Under the pieces are notes generated by a model. That model had not been told where the DNA came from. It ran no database searches and saw only the letters and a program-made list of their open reading frames with translations. Of a DNA stretch of 64,000 bases, positions 32,183-39,832 are shown piece after piece. Where the stretch lies: assembly GCA_035537095.1 (NCBI GenBank), contig DATLMV010000044.1, positions 41 to 64,040 of the forward strand, in the 5' to 3' direction. Made by a program: the position numbers and the translations under genes. The stretch's first letter is position 1, and each line of letters starts with the position of its first letter. The DNA is from Pyrinomonadaceae bacterium. GTDB taxonomy: Bacteria; Acidobacteriota; Blastocatellia; Pyrinomonadales; Pyrinomonadaceae.

Positions 32183-33724
32183 TCATGCCAGCGGCACGGA
32201 CTGCCCCGCCTGCACGTATGCGTGCTCGTAGAGCAGCAAGCCAGTCAAAGCTAATGGAACAGCCGCGAGGCCGAGCAAGGGGGCGAAGGCTCCGAGTAGA
32301 GTCAGACCCAGACCGGCCCAGAAGTATGCGACGTATCTGCCGCGCGTCATCTCGCGGACGGCGAGACGCGCGTGCGCGGTCGGGTGCGCGAGCGTCACTT
32401 CGCCCCACACCAAGAGCAGGTGCAGGAGACTCGTCGCGCCGAGTATCCACAGGAGCGGCGCGAGCGACACAGGCTCAAGCGCGAAGGCCACGGGCGCGAG
32501 CGCGGCTGCGCCGACGAGCAAGGCTTGCACGAGCAGGTGCGGCGGCAGCAGCGGATTCTGCCAGAGGTCGCGCGCTTTGGCCTGCGCGAAAAGATATGCG
32601 GTGTAGATGGCGGTCAGGGCGGCGAGCGGCGCGCCCGCGAACATCAGCGCGCGGTGCAGCGTCAGGTTGCCGAGCGCGCTCGCCAGCAAATGGAGCGCGA
32701 GCACGAGCGCGTAAGCCGTGATGATGACCGCGCCCTTGACGAGCCAACTCTTCCATTGCGGGCGCGTGAAAATCATGTAGAAGCGTTCGGGATGTTCCAA
32801 GTCCCAGATGAGCAGGCCGCCGGTCGCGGCGAGGAAAGCTCCCGACACGACGGGCGCGACCCAGAGCCAGAGCGCGCCGTCAATCTTGAGCAGTCCAGAA
32901 ACGACGAGCAGCAAGGGCACGAGATACGCGCCCGCCGCGATGCCCTTCGTCCATGTGTAGAGGCTGACGCGCCAGTCCCAAGGAATCGCGTGCGGCACGT
33001 CGTAGGAGAGCAGCGCGGCGGCGGACGTGTTGCCGTATTCGGGATGACCGGAGACGACCGCCTCCGCGCCCGTCTTCTGTTCGCTCCACATGAAGAGTCC
33101 GCCCTGCGGGCGACGCGCGGCGAGCGGGTCGAGCGTCGCCTGATGCGCGCCCTTGTAGAAGAGTTTGGGTTGGGTGTCCTTCTCGGGTCGGCGCACGTTG
33201 ACGGGTTCGCGGTTGACGATCTGCGTGACCTTTGCGTCGGGGTCGGCGAGGTCGCCGACGAGAATCGCCTCGACCGGACAGACGACGACGCACGCCGGTT
33301 CGAGTCCCATGTCAATCCGGTGCGCGCAGAAGTTGCACTTCTCCGCCGAGTGGTCTTCGGGGTTGATGAAAATCGCGTCGTAGGGACACGCCGCCATGCA
33401 AGCCTTGCAGCCGATGCAGACCGACTTGGCGAAGTCCACGATGCCGTCGCGCCGCTTGTACATCGCCGCCGTCGGGCAGGCCGTGACGCACGGCGCATCC
33501 GCGCATTGATTGCAGCGCGTCACCTGATGCGCGCGCCGCGCCTGCGGAAACTCGCCGACATCAACGTGCTTCACGTAAGTCCGCGTCACCGAGAGCGGGA
33601 CGAGATTCTCCGACTTGCAGGCGGTCGTGCAGGCGTGACAACCGATGCACAGCGTCTGGTCAATCACCTTCGCCCAACGGGGCGTCTGCGCCCCGTGCTG
33701 GTCTGATTCTGTCTCCGGCATCAA
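32183..33724 (-). CDS. Fused 4Fe-4S ferredoxin (DmsB/PsrB-like) and NrfD/PsrC-like membrane subunit
   Basis: 513 aa. The N-terminal half has four Cys clusters (CIGCHACTTAC, CNQCADAPC, CIGCKACMAAC, CNFCAHR...C). The C-terminal half has about 8 TM helices. The track start at 33724 is TTG; an ATG follows at 33721. Confidence 0.85.
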   Translation of the reverse strand: MMPETESDQHGAQTPRWAKVIDQTLCIGCHACTTACKSENLVPLSVTRTYVKHVDVGEFPQARRAHQVTRCNQCADAPCVTACPTAAMYKRRDGIVDFAKSVCIGCKACMAACPYDAIFINPEDHSAEKCNFCAHRIDMGLEPACVVVCPVEAILVGDLADPDAKVTQIVNREPVNVRRPEKDTQPKLFYKGAHQATLDPLAARRPQGGLFMWSEQKTGAEAVVSGHPEYGNTSAAALLSYDVPHAIPWDWRVSLYTWTKGIAAGAYLVPLLLVVSGLLKIDGALWLWVAPVVSGAFLAATGGLLIWDLEHPERFYMIFTRPQWKSWLVKGAVIITAYALVLALHLLASALGNLTLHRALMFAGAPLAALTAIYTAYLFAQAKARDLWQNPLLPPHLLVQALLVGAAALAPVAFALEPVSLAPLLWILGATSLLHLLLVWGEVTLAHPTAHARLAVREMTRGRYVAYFWAGLGLTLLGAFAPLLGLAAVPLALTGLLLYEHAYVQAGQSVPLA

Positions 33725-33747
33725 TCCCCCTCGAACGCCAACGATTC

Positions 33748-33887
33748 ACAGGATGAACAGGATAAACCTTACGGAAGGCAAAAGGAAAAAGGCAAAGGGA
33801 AAAATAAGGCAGAAGGCAAAAGGAAAAAGTGAAGAAGGTACAAGTGAAGCGGTCTTCCGGCTTTCCGTTACTTTTGCCTATTGCCTT
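33748..33887 (+). repeat. Composite element: ACAGGATGAACAGGATA leader + GGCAAAAGG-type purine block + complementary block
   Basis: Leader at 33748-33764. Purine block 33773-33849. Arm 33806-33822 (aaggcagaaggcaaaag) pairs with 33871-33887 (cttttgcctattgcctt), 15/17. The right arm ends 1 nt before the Gfo/Idh/MocA stop codon. Confidence 0.75.
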
Positions 33888-33888
33888 T

Positions 33889-34860
33889 TTACTTAAAAAT
33901 GATGCGCTCGCCCGTTTTGACGGAGCGATAACAGGCGTCAACGAGTTCGACCGACTTGTAGCCGTCGTGCGCCGTCACGGGCGGGGGCTTGTGCTCGATA
34001 ATCGAATCAACGAAGGCACGGTCTTCCTGCGCGTAGCCCCACTTCTCTTCCTTCGGGAGTTGGTGCATGGAATGCGTCGTGTGTCGCCCGTCCAAACCGC
34101 CGCTCGTGACGAGGCTTTCCATCTCGCGCGTCAGAATAGTTTGATGCCTTGAGAAGACCTCGACGCGCTCGAAGGGAAAGAGCCAACTCGCTTCGGCAGA
34201 CGAGGCGAGCGTCGCGTGCATGCCGCTCTCGAAGCGGAGCAGCACGGAGAAGTTGTCCACTTCCGGGTATTCGTGCTGTGAGCCGTGGGCCGTGAGTTCG
34301 GCGACTTCGCCGAAGAGATAACGCAGCATGTCGAACATGTGAATGGTCGTCTCGTAGAGAAAGCCGCCCGTGACGCGCGCGTCGCCGACCCATGCGGGAT
34401 TCAACAACTCGCCGCGATTCATCTTGACGTGCGCCGAATGCGGCGCGCTCTCCGCGAGCAACGCCTTGAGCATCGCATAGACGGGCGCGAAACGGCGATT
34501 GTGCCCGACCTGAAAGACCATCTGACCGGCACGCGCGGCGTCGAGCACCGCGCGCGCGTCGGCGACGCTCGTCGCCATCGGTTTCTCGCAAAAGACGTGC
34601 TTGCCCGCGCGCACAGCTTTGATGGCGAGCGCGGTGTGCTGCGTGTTCGGCGTCGTCAGGTAGACCGCCGCGACGCTCTCCAACAACTCCTCGACGCTGC
34701 GCGCCACGCCCGCGCCCGACGAGCGCGCGAGCGCGTCGGCCCGCGCTTCGTCCACGTCATAGACCGAAGCCACGCGCACGCGCTCGTCGCGCCCGAGCAC
34801 TCCGGCGTGCACGCCGCCGATATAACCCGCGCCGATGATTCCCACGCTGATTTTGTCCAT
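33889..34860 (-). CDS. Gfo/Idh/MocA family oxidoreductase
   Basis: 323 aa. N-terminal Rossmann motif ISVGIIGAGYIGGVH and the EKP motif (VFCEKPMA). Confidence 0.85.
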   Translation of the reverse strand: MDKISVGIIGAGYIGGVHAGVLGRDERVRVASVYDVDEARADALARSSGAGVARSVEELLESVAAVYLTTPNTQHTALAIKAVRAGKHVFCEKPMATSVADARAVLDAARAGQMVFQVGHNRRFAPVYAMLKALLAESAPHSAHVKMNRGELLNPAWVGDARVTGGFLYETTIHMFDMLRYLFGEVAELTAHGSQHEYPEVDNFSVLLRFESGMHATLASSAEASWLFPFERVEVFSRHQTILTREMESLVTSGGLDGRHTTHSMHQLPKEEKWGYAQEDRAFVDSIIEHKPPPVTAHDGYKSVELVDACYRSVKTGERIIFK

Positions 34861-34875
34861 CGAGTTTCCCGTTCT

Positions 34876-35643
34876 CTAACGGCAATAGTCCGCCGTCTTT
34901 TTTATCTCCCGCACCTTCACACGCGCGCCCGTCGGGATGACGAACTCGCTCATGCCCACATGATTCGACGGATTCCCCCAGTCGTATGTGTAGCCGAGCC
35001 GCGTCCACGGAAGCCCGTCGGGCAGGTAGGACTTGTCGCGCATATCGGTGTACCAGTAGATGTAGTCCAGACTGATTGACAGGTATCTCGAACGCGAGAA
35101 GTCCGTCTCACACTCATGGTCGCTGATTTCCGGGTCGGGACACGGGCGAAAGATGTCGCGCGGGTCAACCCACATCTCGACGAACTGGCTTTTCTCGCGG
35201 AAGGGATGCAAGCCGAGCAGTTGTTTGAGCCTCGCCGTCAAATCATCGCCGGAGAGTCCCAACGCTTTGCAACGGTTGCGCAACTCGGGCACGACCGTCA
35301 CCCATGTGTACGCGTCGAGATTGATAAACTGATTCTCTTTGCCCTTGTAAAACTCTTCGTAACTACTGTTCGATGTCCAATAGACGACCAGCACGCGCCC
35401 TCTCTCCCATTGCAGACACACGTCCGGCTTCGGACACTCTCGCTCCTCTCGAATCGGCGTCAGGTTCCGCGAAATCTCGGAAGTGAGAGCCTGTTCCGCG
35501 TCCTTCATCGCGGCGACGAACTCGGGCGGGAGCGGAGTCTGTGCCGGGGCGGGACTTTGGGCCGGAGTATTCGCCGGGAAGCCGAGCAACAAGAGCAGCA
35601 GGGAGATTGCGCAAACGTGTCCGGCGCAGATGCCTTGTCTCAT
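34876..35643 (-). CDS. Secreted hypothetical protein
   Basis: Track ORF trimmed to the ATG at 35643 (MRQGICAGHVCAISLLLLLLGFPANTPAQ signal peptide), 255 aa. No family recognised. Confidence 0.5.
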   Translation of the reverse strand: MRQGICAGHVCAISLLLLLLGFPANTPAQSPAPAQTPLPPEFVAAMKDAEQALTSEISRNLTPIREERECPKPDVCLQWERGRVLVVYWTSNSSYEEFYKGKENQFINLDAYTWVTVVPELRNRCKALGLSGDDLTARLKQLLGLHPFREKSQFVEMWVDPRDIFRPCPDPEISDHECETDFSRSRYLSISLDYIYWYTDMRDKSYLPDGLPWTRLGYTYDWGNPSNHVGMSEFVIPTGARVKVREIKKTADYCR

Positions 35644-35793
35644 TTCAACACCTCCTGATAAGAAGCCGTCTCTCAAATATATGCGGAAATCTTCGGAACT
35701 GTTTCGAGACAAGCAGCAGCCTCAACGAGCGACCACCGGAGCATCCCTGCTGACGGCAAACACACGCGCGGTCATCCATCAAACAGCTTCGGG

Positions 35794-36612
35794 TCAGCCG
35801 TTGACGACGCCGGACACAGCCGCGTGTGCCTCGCGCGCGAGTTCGACGGGGTCGCGCTCCCAGTATTCGGGACGGAAAATCTCGACGCTGGCGACGCGGT
35901 CGTAACCCGTGCGGCGGAGCGCGCCGACGATCTCTTTGAGCGGCAGGATGCCGAGACCGGGCAGCAAGCGATGGCGGTCTGCGAGTTCGGCGCGCGGGAG
36001 GTCTTCGGCGTCGTTGATGTGAAAGATAAAGAGCCGTCCGGCATCGAGTGCTTCGATTGACGCGATGGTCGAGCCGCCCGCGTAGAAGTGAAAACTATCT
36101 ATCACGAGCCCGACGTTTGCGCGCCCGACCCGTCCGACGATCTCCGAGGCCAACTCCAAAGTCTGCACGCTGCAATCCGTCTGACCCAAAAACTCGAACG
36201 CCAGCCCGACGCCATGCTCGCCCGCAAGCTCCCCGAGTTCTCCGAGCACGCGCGCCGATTCCGCCACGACGCCCGCGCGGCTCTCGCCCTCCGGCAGCGG
36301 CCCCGGCACGACGACGACATACGGGCAACCGATCTCCGACGCGACGCGGCACAACTCCGCGCACTCTTGCCGCAGCGCGTCGCGCGCGTTCTCGTCCCGG
36401 TAGGTGATGCGCTCGATGGAATTGATGCTGTAGGGCTCAAGGCCGCTCGCGTCGAGCAGTTCTTTGAGTTCGGCGGTCGTGTTCGACGCGAGAAACCTTC
36501 GGAGTTTCGCCGCCCAGATTTCCAGACAGTCGAAGCCCGCCGCGCTCGCCGCCCTGATGTCGGTCTGCAAGTCGGCCTTCATCGTGGTCGCGCCGTTGAG
36601 TGCCAGTTTCAT
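35794..36612 (-). CDS. Sugar phosphate isomerase/epimerase (xylose isomerase-like TIM barrel)
   Basis: 272 aa. MKLALNGATT...AAGFDCLEIW...PYVVVVPG...IFHINDA pattern of the AP endonuclease 2/xylose isomerase-like fold. Confidence 0.8.
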   Translation of the reverse strand: MKLALNGATTMKADLQTDIRAASAAGFDCLEIWAAKLRRFLASNTTAELKELLDASGLEPYSINSIERITYRDENARDALRQECAELCRVASEIGCPYVVVVPGPLPEGESRAGVVAESARVLGELGELAGEHGVGLAFEFLGQTDCSVQTLELASEIVGRVGRANVGLVIDSFHFYAGGSTIASIEALDAGRLFIFHINDAEDLPRAELADRHRLLPGLGILPLKEIVGALRRTGYDRVASVEIFRPEYWERDPVELAREAHAAVSGVVNG

Positions 36613-36664
36613 CGGAGTCCCCTAAGTTTGAGTTGATCAGAGCAGTTGAAGAAATGATGAAGGT

Positions 36665-36760
36665 AGAATGCAGAGTGATGAATAACAAGAGTTTGTCCTT
36701 CATTCCGCATTCTGCACTCCGCATTCTGCATTTAGCCTTATCGTGTCCATCCCTGTTAAA
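36665..36760 (-). repeat. Composite element in reverse orientation: TTTAACAGGGAT leader + GAATGCNGAGT-type arms
   Basis: atccctgttaaa at 36749-36760 is the reverse complement of tttaacagggat. Tandem 14-mer ccgcattctgcac(t) x2 at 36705-36732. Arm 36665-36683 pairs with 36709-36727 (16/19). Confidence 0.75.
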
Positions 36761-36788
36761 TGCTGCTTTGGTTGTCGCGGCGATTCGG

Positions 36789-37862
36789 TTATCTGAGAGC
36801 CGCGCCGGATTCGGCGTCGAAGAAGTCGGCCCTGTCCATTTCCAGACGGGCGTGGACGCGTGTTTCGGGTTCGGCGCGAAAGTCTGCGGGCGCGCGCGCG
36901 ATAATCTTTTCGTCGCCGAGACGCAAGAAGACGAGCGTCTCGTTGCCCATCAACTCCGCGACATAGACGCTCGCCGCGAAGCTTCCGGCGCGCTCCCCGG
37001 TCTCGACGTGAACGTGTTCGGGACGGATGCCGAGCGTGGCGCGCTCGCGGCCCGCGAGCCTTGAGAGTTGCGACTCTAGCAGAGGCAACGCCAGCCCGCC
37101 ACTCCGAAAACTGCGCCCCGCCGCGTCAATTCTCCCCTCGATGAAATTCATCGGCGGGCTGCCGACAAACTCCGCGACGAAACGGTTCGCCGGACGATTG
37201 TAGATATTCAAAGGCGTGTCGAACTGTTGCAGACGCCCGCCGCGCATCACCGCGACGCGATGCGCCAGCGTCATCGCCTCCGACTGGTCGTGCGTCACGT
37301 AGACGGTCGTCGTCCCCAACTCGTGCTGCAAGCGTTTCAACTCGCCGCGCATCTGGACGCGCAGCTTGGCGTCCAAGTTCGACAGCGGTTCGTCCATCAG
37401 ATAGACGCGCGGCTCGCGCACAACGGCCCGCGCGAGCGCGACGCGCTGGCGTTCGCCGCCCGACAAATCGCGCGGCTTGCGCTCAAGCAACGCTCTGATT
37501 TCCAGCATCGCCGAGACGCGTTCGACGCGCCGCGCAATCTCGTCGCGTTTCGTCCGCCGCACGCGCAGCGGATAAGCGATGTTTTCCGCGACGCTCATGT
37601 GCGGATAAAGAGCGTAGCTTTGAAAGACCATCGCGATGTCGCGCCGCTGCGTCGGGATGTCGTTGACGCGCTCCGCGCCGATGAAGATGTCGCCCGCCGA
37701 AACCTCTTCGAGTCCCGCCAGCATCCGCAACGTCGTCGTCTTCCCGCACCCCGACGGCCCGAGCAGCACGACAAACTCGCCGTCCTCCGTCTGAAGCGTC
37801 AAATCATCAACGACGACCGACTGGCCGAAACGCTTACACACATTTGCAAAACGAACGTTCAT
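36789..37862 (-). CDS. Sugar ABC transporter ATP-binding protein (MalK/UgpC-like)
   Basis: 357 aa. Walker A GPSGCGKTT, signature LSGGERQRVALARA, Walker B VYLMDEPLSNLD, and a C-terminal regulatory domain. Confidence 0.9.
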   Translation of the reverse strand: MNVRFANVCKRFGQSVVVDDLTLQTEDGEFVVLLGPSGCGKTTTLRMLAGLEEVSAGDIFIGAERVNDIPTQRRDIAMVFQSYALYPHMSVAENIAYPLRVRRTKRDEIARRVERVSAMLEIRALLERKPRDLSGGERQRVALARAVVREPRVYLMDEPLSNLDAKLRVQMRGELKRLQHELGTTTVYVTHDQSEAMTLAHRVAVMRGGRLQQFDTPLNIYNRPANRFVAEFVGSPPMNFIEGRIDAAGRSFRSGGLALPLLESQLSRLAGRERATLGIRPEHVHVETGERAGSFAASVYVAELMGNETLVFLRLGDEKIIARAPADFRAEPETRVHARLEMDRADFFDAESGAALR

Positions 37863-37872
37863 AAAACAGCAA

Positions 37873-37960
37873 GGGTAAAAGGTTAAATGGGGAAACGGGG
37901 AAGGGGTTTAAGATGATTGCTTTCTTTCCTTCACCCGTTTCCCCATTTAACCCTTTACCC
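37873..37960. repeat. 27-bp near-perfect inverted repeat (GGGTAAA type) inside the ABC operon
   Basis: 37873-37899 pairs with 37934-37960 with one mismatch. Lies between the permease stop (37979) and the ATPase start (37862). Confidence 0.85.
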
Positions 37961-37978
37961 GTTTCCCCATCGAATTTT

Positions 37979-38851
37979 TCAGCCTTTGACCGCTCCGAGC
38001 GACAGCCCGCGCACGAGGTAGCGTTGGACGGCGAGGGCGAAGACGAGGATGGGCAGCATGGCGACGACCCCGGCGGCGCTCATCACGCCCCACTTGATTT
38101 CGTATTGCGTGACGCGTCCGGCGATGCCGACGGGCAGCGTCATTGCCGCGTCGGTCTGCGTCAGGACGAGCGCGAACAGAAACTCGTTCCAAGAGATGAT
38201 GAGACAGAAGACGGCGGTCGCTGCGAGGCCCGGTGCGACGAGCGGCAGGATGACGCGCCGGAGTGCGCCGAGTCGCGAGTCGCCGTCAACGAGCGCGGCT
38301 TCTTCGAGGTCGCGCGGTATCTCTTGAAAGAAGCCGCGCATCATCCAGACGACGAAGGGCAGATTAAAAGCTGTATAGACGATGACGAGCGCGGCGCGCG
38401 TGTTGAGCAGTCGCACGTCGCGCATCAGCAGAAAGAGCGGGACGGCGGTGACGATGGGCGGAAACATCCGCGTCGAGAGTATCCAGAGCGCGAGCCGCGT
38501 GTCGAGTTTGCGCGGCAGGCGAAAACGCGCGAGCGCGTAGGCCGCGAGCGTGCCCGGAAGCATCGCGCAAACGGTCGAGACGACGGCGACGAACGCGCTC
38601 GTCAGGAGATACTGACCGAAGGAGCGCGCGACGAAGGCGTCGCGGTAGTGCGTGAGCACCGGCGCGAACGAGAACCAGCGCGGCGGCACGGCGAACTGTT
38701 CCACCTCCGTCTTGAGCGAGATGGTCAGCATCCAGTAGACCGGCGCGAGCGCGGCCAGAAGCGCGACGGCAAGCAGCGCGTACTTTATCAAGCGCGCAAA
38801 CAGACTCCTGTCAACTGTCGCCCATCGCCCGGTCGCCCGTTGCCGTCTCAT
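37979..38851 (-). CDS. Carbohydrate ABC transporter permease (MalG-like)
   Basis: Track ORF trimmed to the ATG at 38851 (MRRQRATGRWATVDRSLFARLIKYALL...), 290 aa. This ATG overlaps the upstream permease's TGA (ATGA at 38851-38848). EAA-loop segment EEAALVDGDSRLGALRRVILP. Confidence 0.85.
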   Translation of the reverse strand: MRRQRATGRWATVDRSLFARLIKYALLAVALLAALAPVYWMLTISLKTEVEQFAVPPRWFSFAPVLTHYRDAFVARSFGQYLLTSAFVAVVSTVCAMLPGTLAAYALARFRLPRKLDTRLALWILSTRMFPPIVTAVPLFLLMRDVRLLNTRAALVIVYTAFNLPFVVWMMRGFFQEIPRDLEEAALVDGDSRLGALRRVILPLVAPGLAATAVFCLIISWNEFLFALVLTQTDAAMTLPVGIAGRVTQYEIKWGVMSAAGVVAMLPILVFALAVQRYLVRGLSLGAVKG

Positions 38852-39693
38852 GCGTTCTCCTGTCGGTTGAGCAGGCGGATGTAGAAGAGGCTGATGATGT
38901 TCGTCAGCAGGAGCAGCACGAAGGACATCGCGGCGGCGTAGCCGAAGTCGGAGAAGCGAAAGGCGGCGCGGTAGATGTAGAGGCTGATGGTTTCGGTGGC
39001 GAAGCCGGGGCCGCCCTCGGTGAGGATGAAAATCTGGTCGAAGACGCGCAGCAAGTCCATCGTGCGGAGCAGGAGCGCGATGAGAATGGCGGGACGCAGG
39101 AGCGGCAGCGTGACGTGCAGAAAAGTTTGCCACGCGCTTGAGCCGTCAATCAGCGCGGCCTCGTAAGGCTCCTGCGGGATGGCTTGGAGGCCCGCGAGCA
39201 GGACGAGGAAAACGAAGGGCGTCCATTGCCAGATGTCAACGGCGATGACGGAGGCGAGCGCGAGCGTCGGCGAAGCCGTCCAAGTCAACGTCTCAGTGTC
39301 GAAGCCGAAGCTCTTAAGCGTGCCGTTGATCGCGCCGAAGTTCGGGTTGAGCATCAGACGCCAGACGACGCCGACGACGACCGGCGGCAGCATCATCGGC
39401 ACGAGCAACGCCGCGCGAAACAGGCCGCGCCCGCGCATCCGTTCGTTGAGCAACAGGGCGAGCGAGAGTCCGAGCAGAAACTCGAAGGTCAGCGCGACCG
39501 CCGCATAGACGAGCGTGTGCGCGAGCGCGTCCTGAAAGAAGCGGTCGGAGGCGAGCCGTGTGAAGTTACTGAGCGTCCAGACGGCGCGCGCCCCCGTGCC
39601 CGTCTGTAGGCTCACGCGCACAGAATAGATGAGCGGATAGACCGACAGCGCGACGAGCACCGCGACCGTCGGCGCGACGAGCAGGTAAGGCAA
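38848..39693 (-). CDS. Carbohydrate ABC transporter permease (MalF-like)
   Basis: EAA loop YEAALIDGSSAWQTFLHVTLP. The start is ambiguous: TTG at 39693 gives MPYLLVAPTVAVLV..., while ATG at 39774 would add 27 aa encoded entirely by the intergenic repeat element. I prefer 39693. Confidence 0.8.
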   Translation of the reverse strand: MPYLLVAPTVAVLVALSVYPLIYSVRVSLQTGTGARAVWTLSNFTRLASDRFFQDALAHTLVYAAVALTFEFLLGLSLALLLNERMRGRGLFRAALLVPMMLPPVVVGVVWRLMLNPNFGAINGTLKSFGFDTETLTWTASPTLALASVIAVDIWQWTPFVFLVLLAGLQAIPQEPYEAALIDGSSAWQTFLHVTLPLLRPAILIALLLRTMDLLRVFDQIFILTEGGPGFATETISLYIYRAAFRFSDFGYAAAMSFVLLLLTNIISLFYIRLLNRQENA

Positions 39694-39796
39694 AGGGGAA
39701 ATGGGTAAACGGGTAAACGGGTAAACGGGGGGGAAAACCGCCGTCCACTTTTTCGCCTTTAACCCTTTCCCCATTTCACCTTTGCCCCTTTGCCCC
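39689..39796. repeat. Composite element with GGGTAAAC x3 tandem and G-tract blocks on both strands
   Basis: GGGTAAAC at 39703-39710, 39711-39718 and 39719-39726. G-tracts at 39695-98, 39703-05, 39711-13, 39719-21 and 39727-33. Outer arms 39689-39705 and 39770-39786 are complementary (16/17). The right block 39756-39796 is G-rich on the minus strand. Confidence 0.85.
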
Positions 39797-39832
39797 TCAT
39801 CTTTCGGGTCGCTCACGTGCCGCGCGCGTCTC

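Noticed and set aside
33725-33888. Molybdenum-cofactor riboswitch or Tat-related leader upstream of the molybdoenzyme operon
   Set aside because: The region is occupied by the purine-rich/pyrimidine-rich repeat element. I could not recognise the conserved Moco-riboswitch core, and no RRxFLK motif is encoded at either subunit's N-terminus.
39703-39726. Possible CRISPR-like arrays suggested by short direct repeats (GGGTAAAC x3 here; AGATGTT x3 at 19804-19824; CCATCGT x4 at 52261-52288)
   Set aside because: The units are contiguous 7-8-mers with no spacers, the arrays are under 30 nt long, and no cas genes are present. These are microsatellite-like tandems inside hairpin arms, not CRISPRs.
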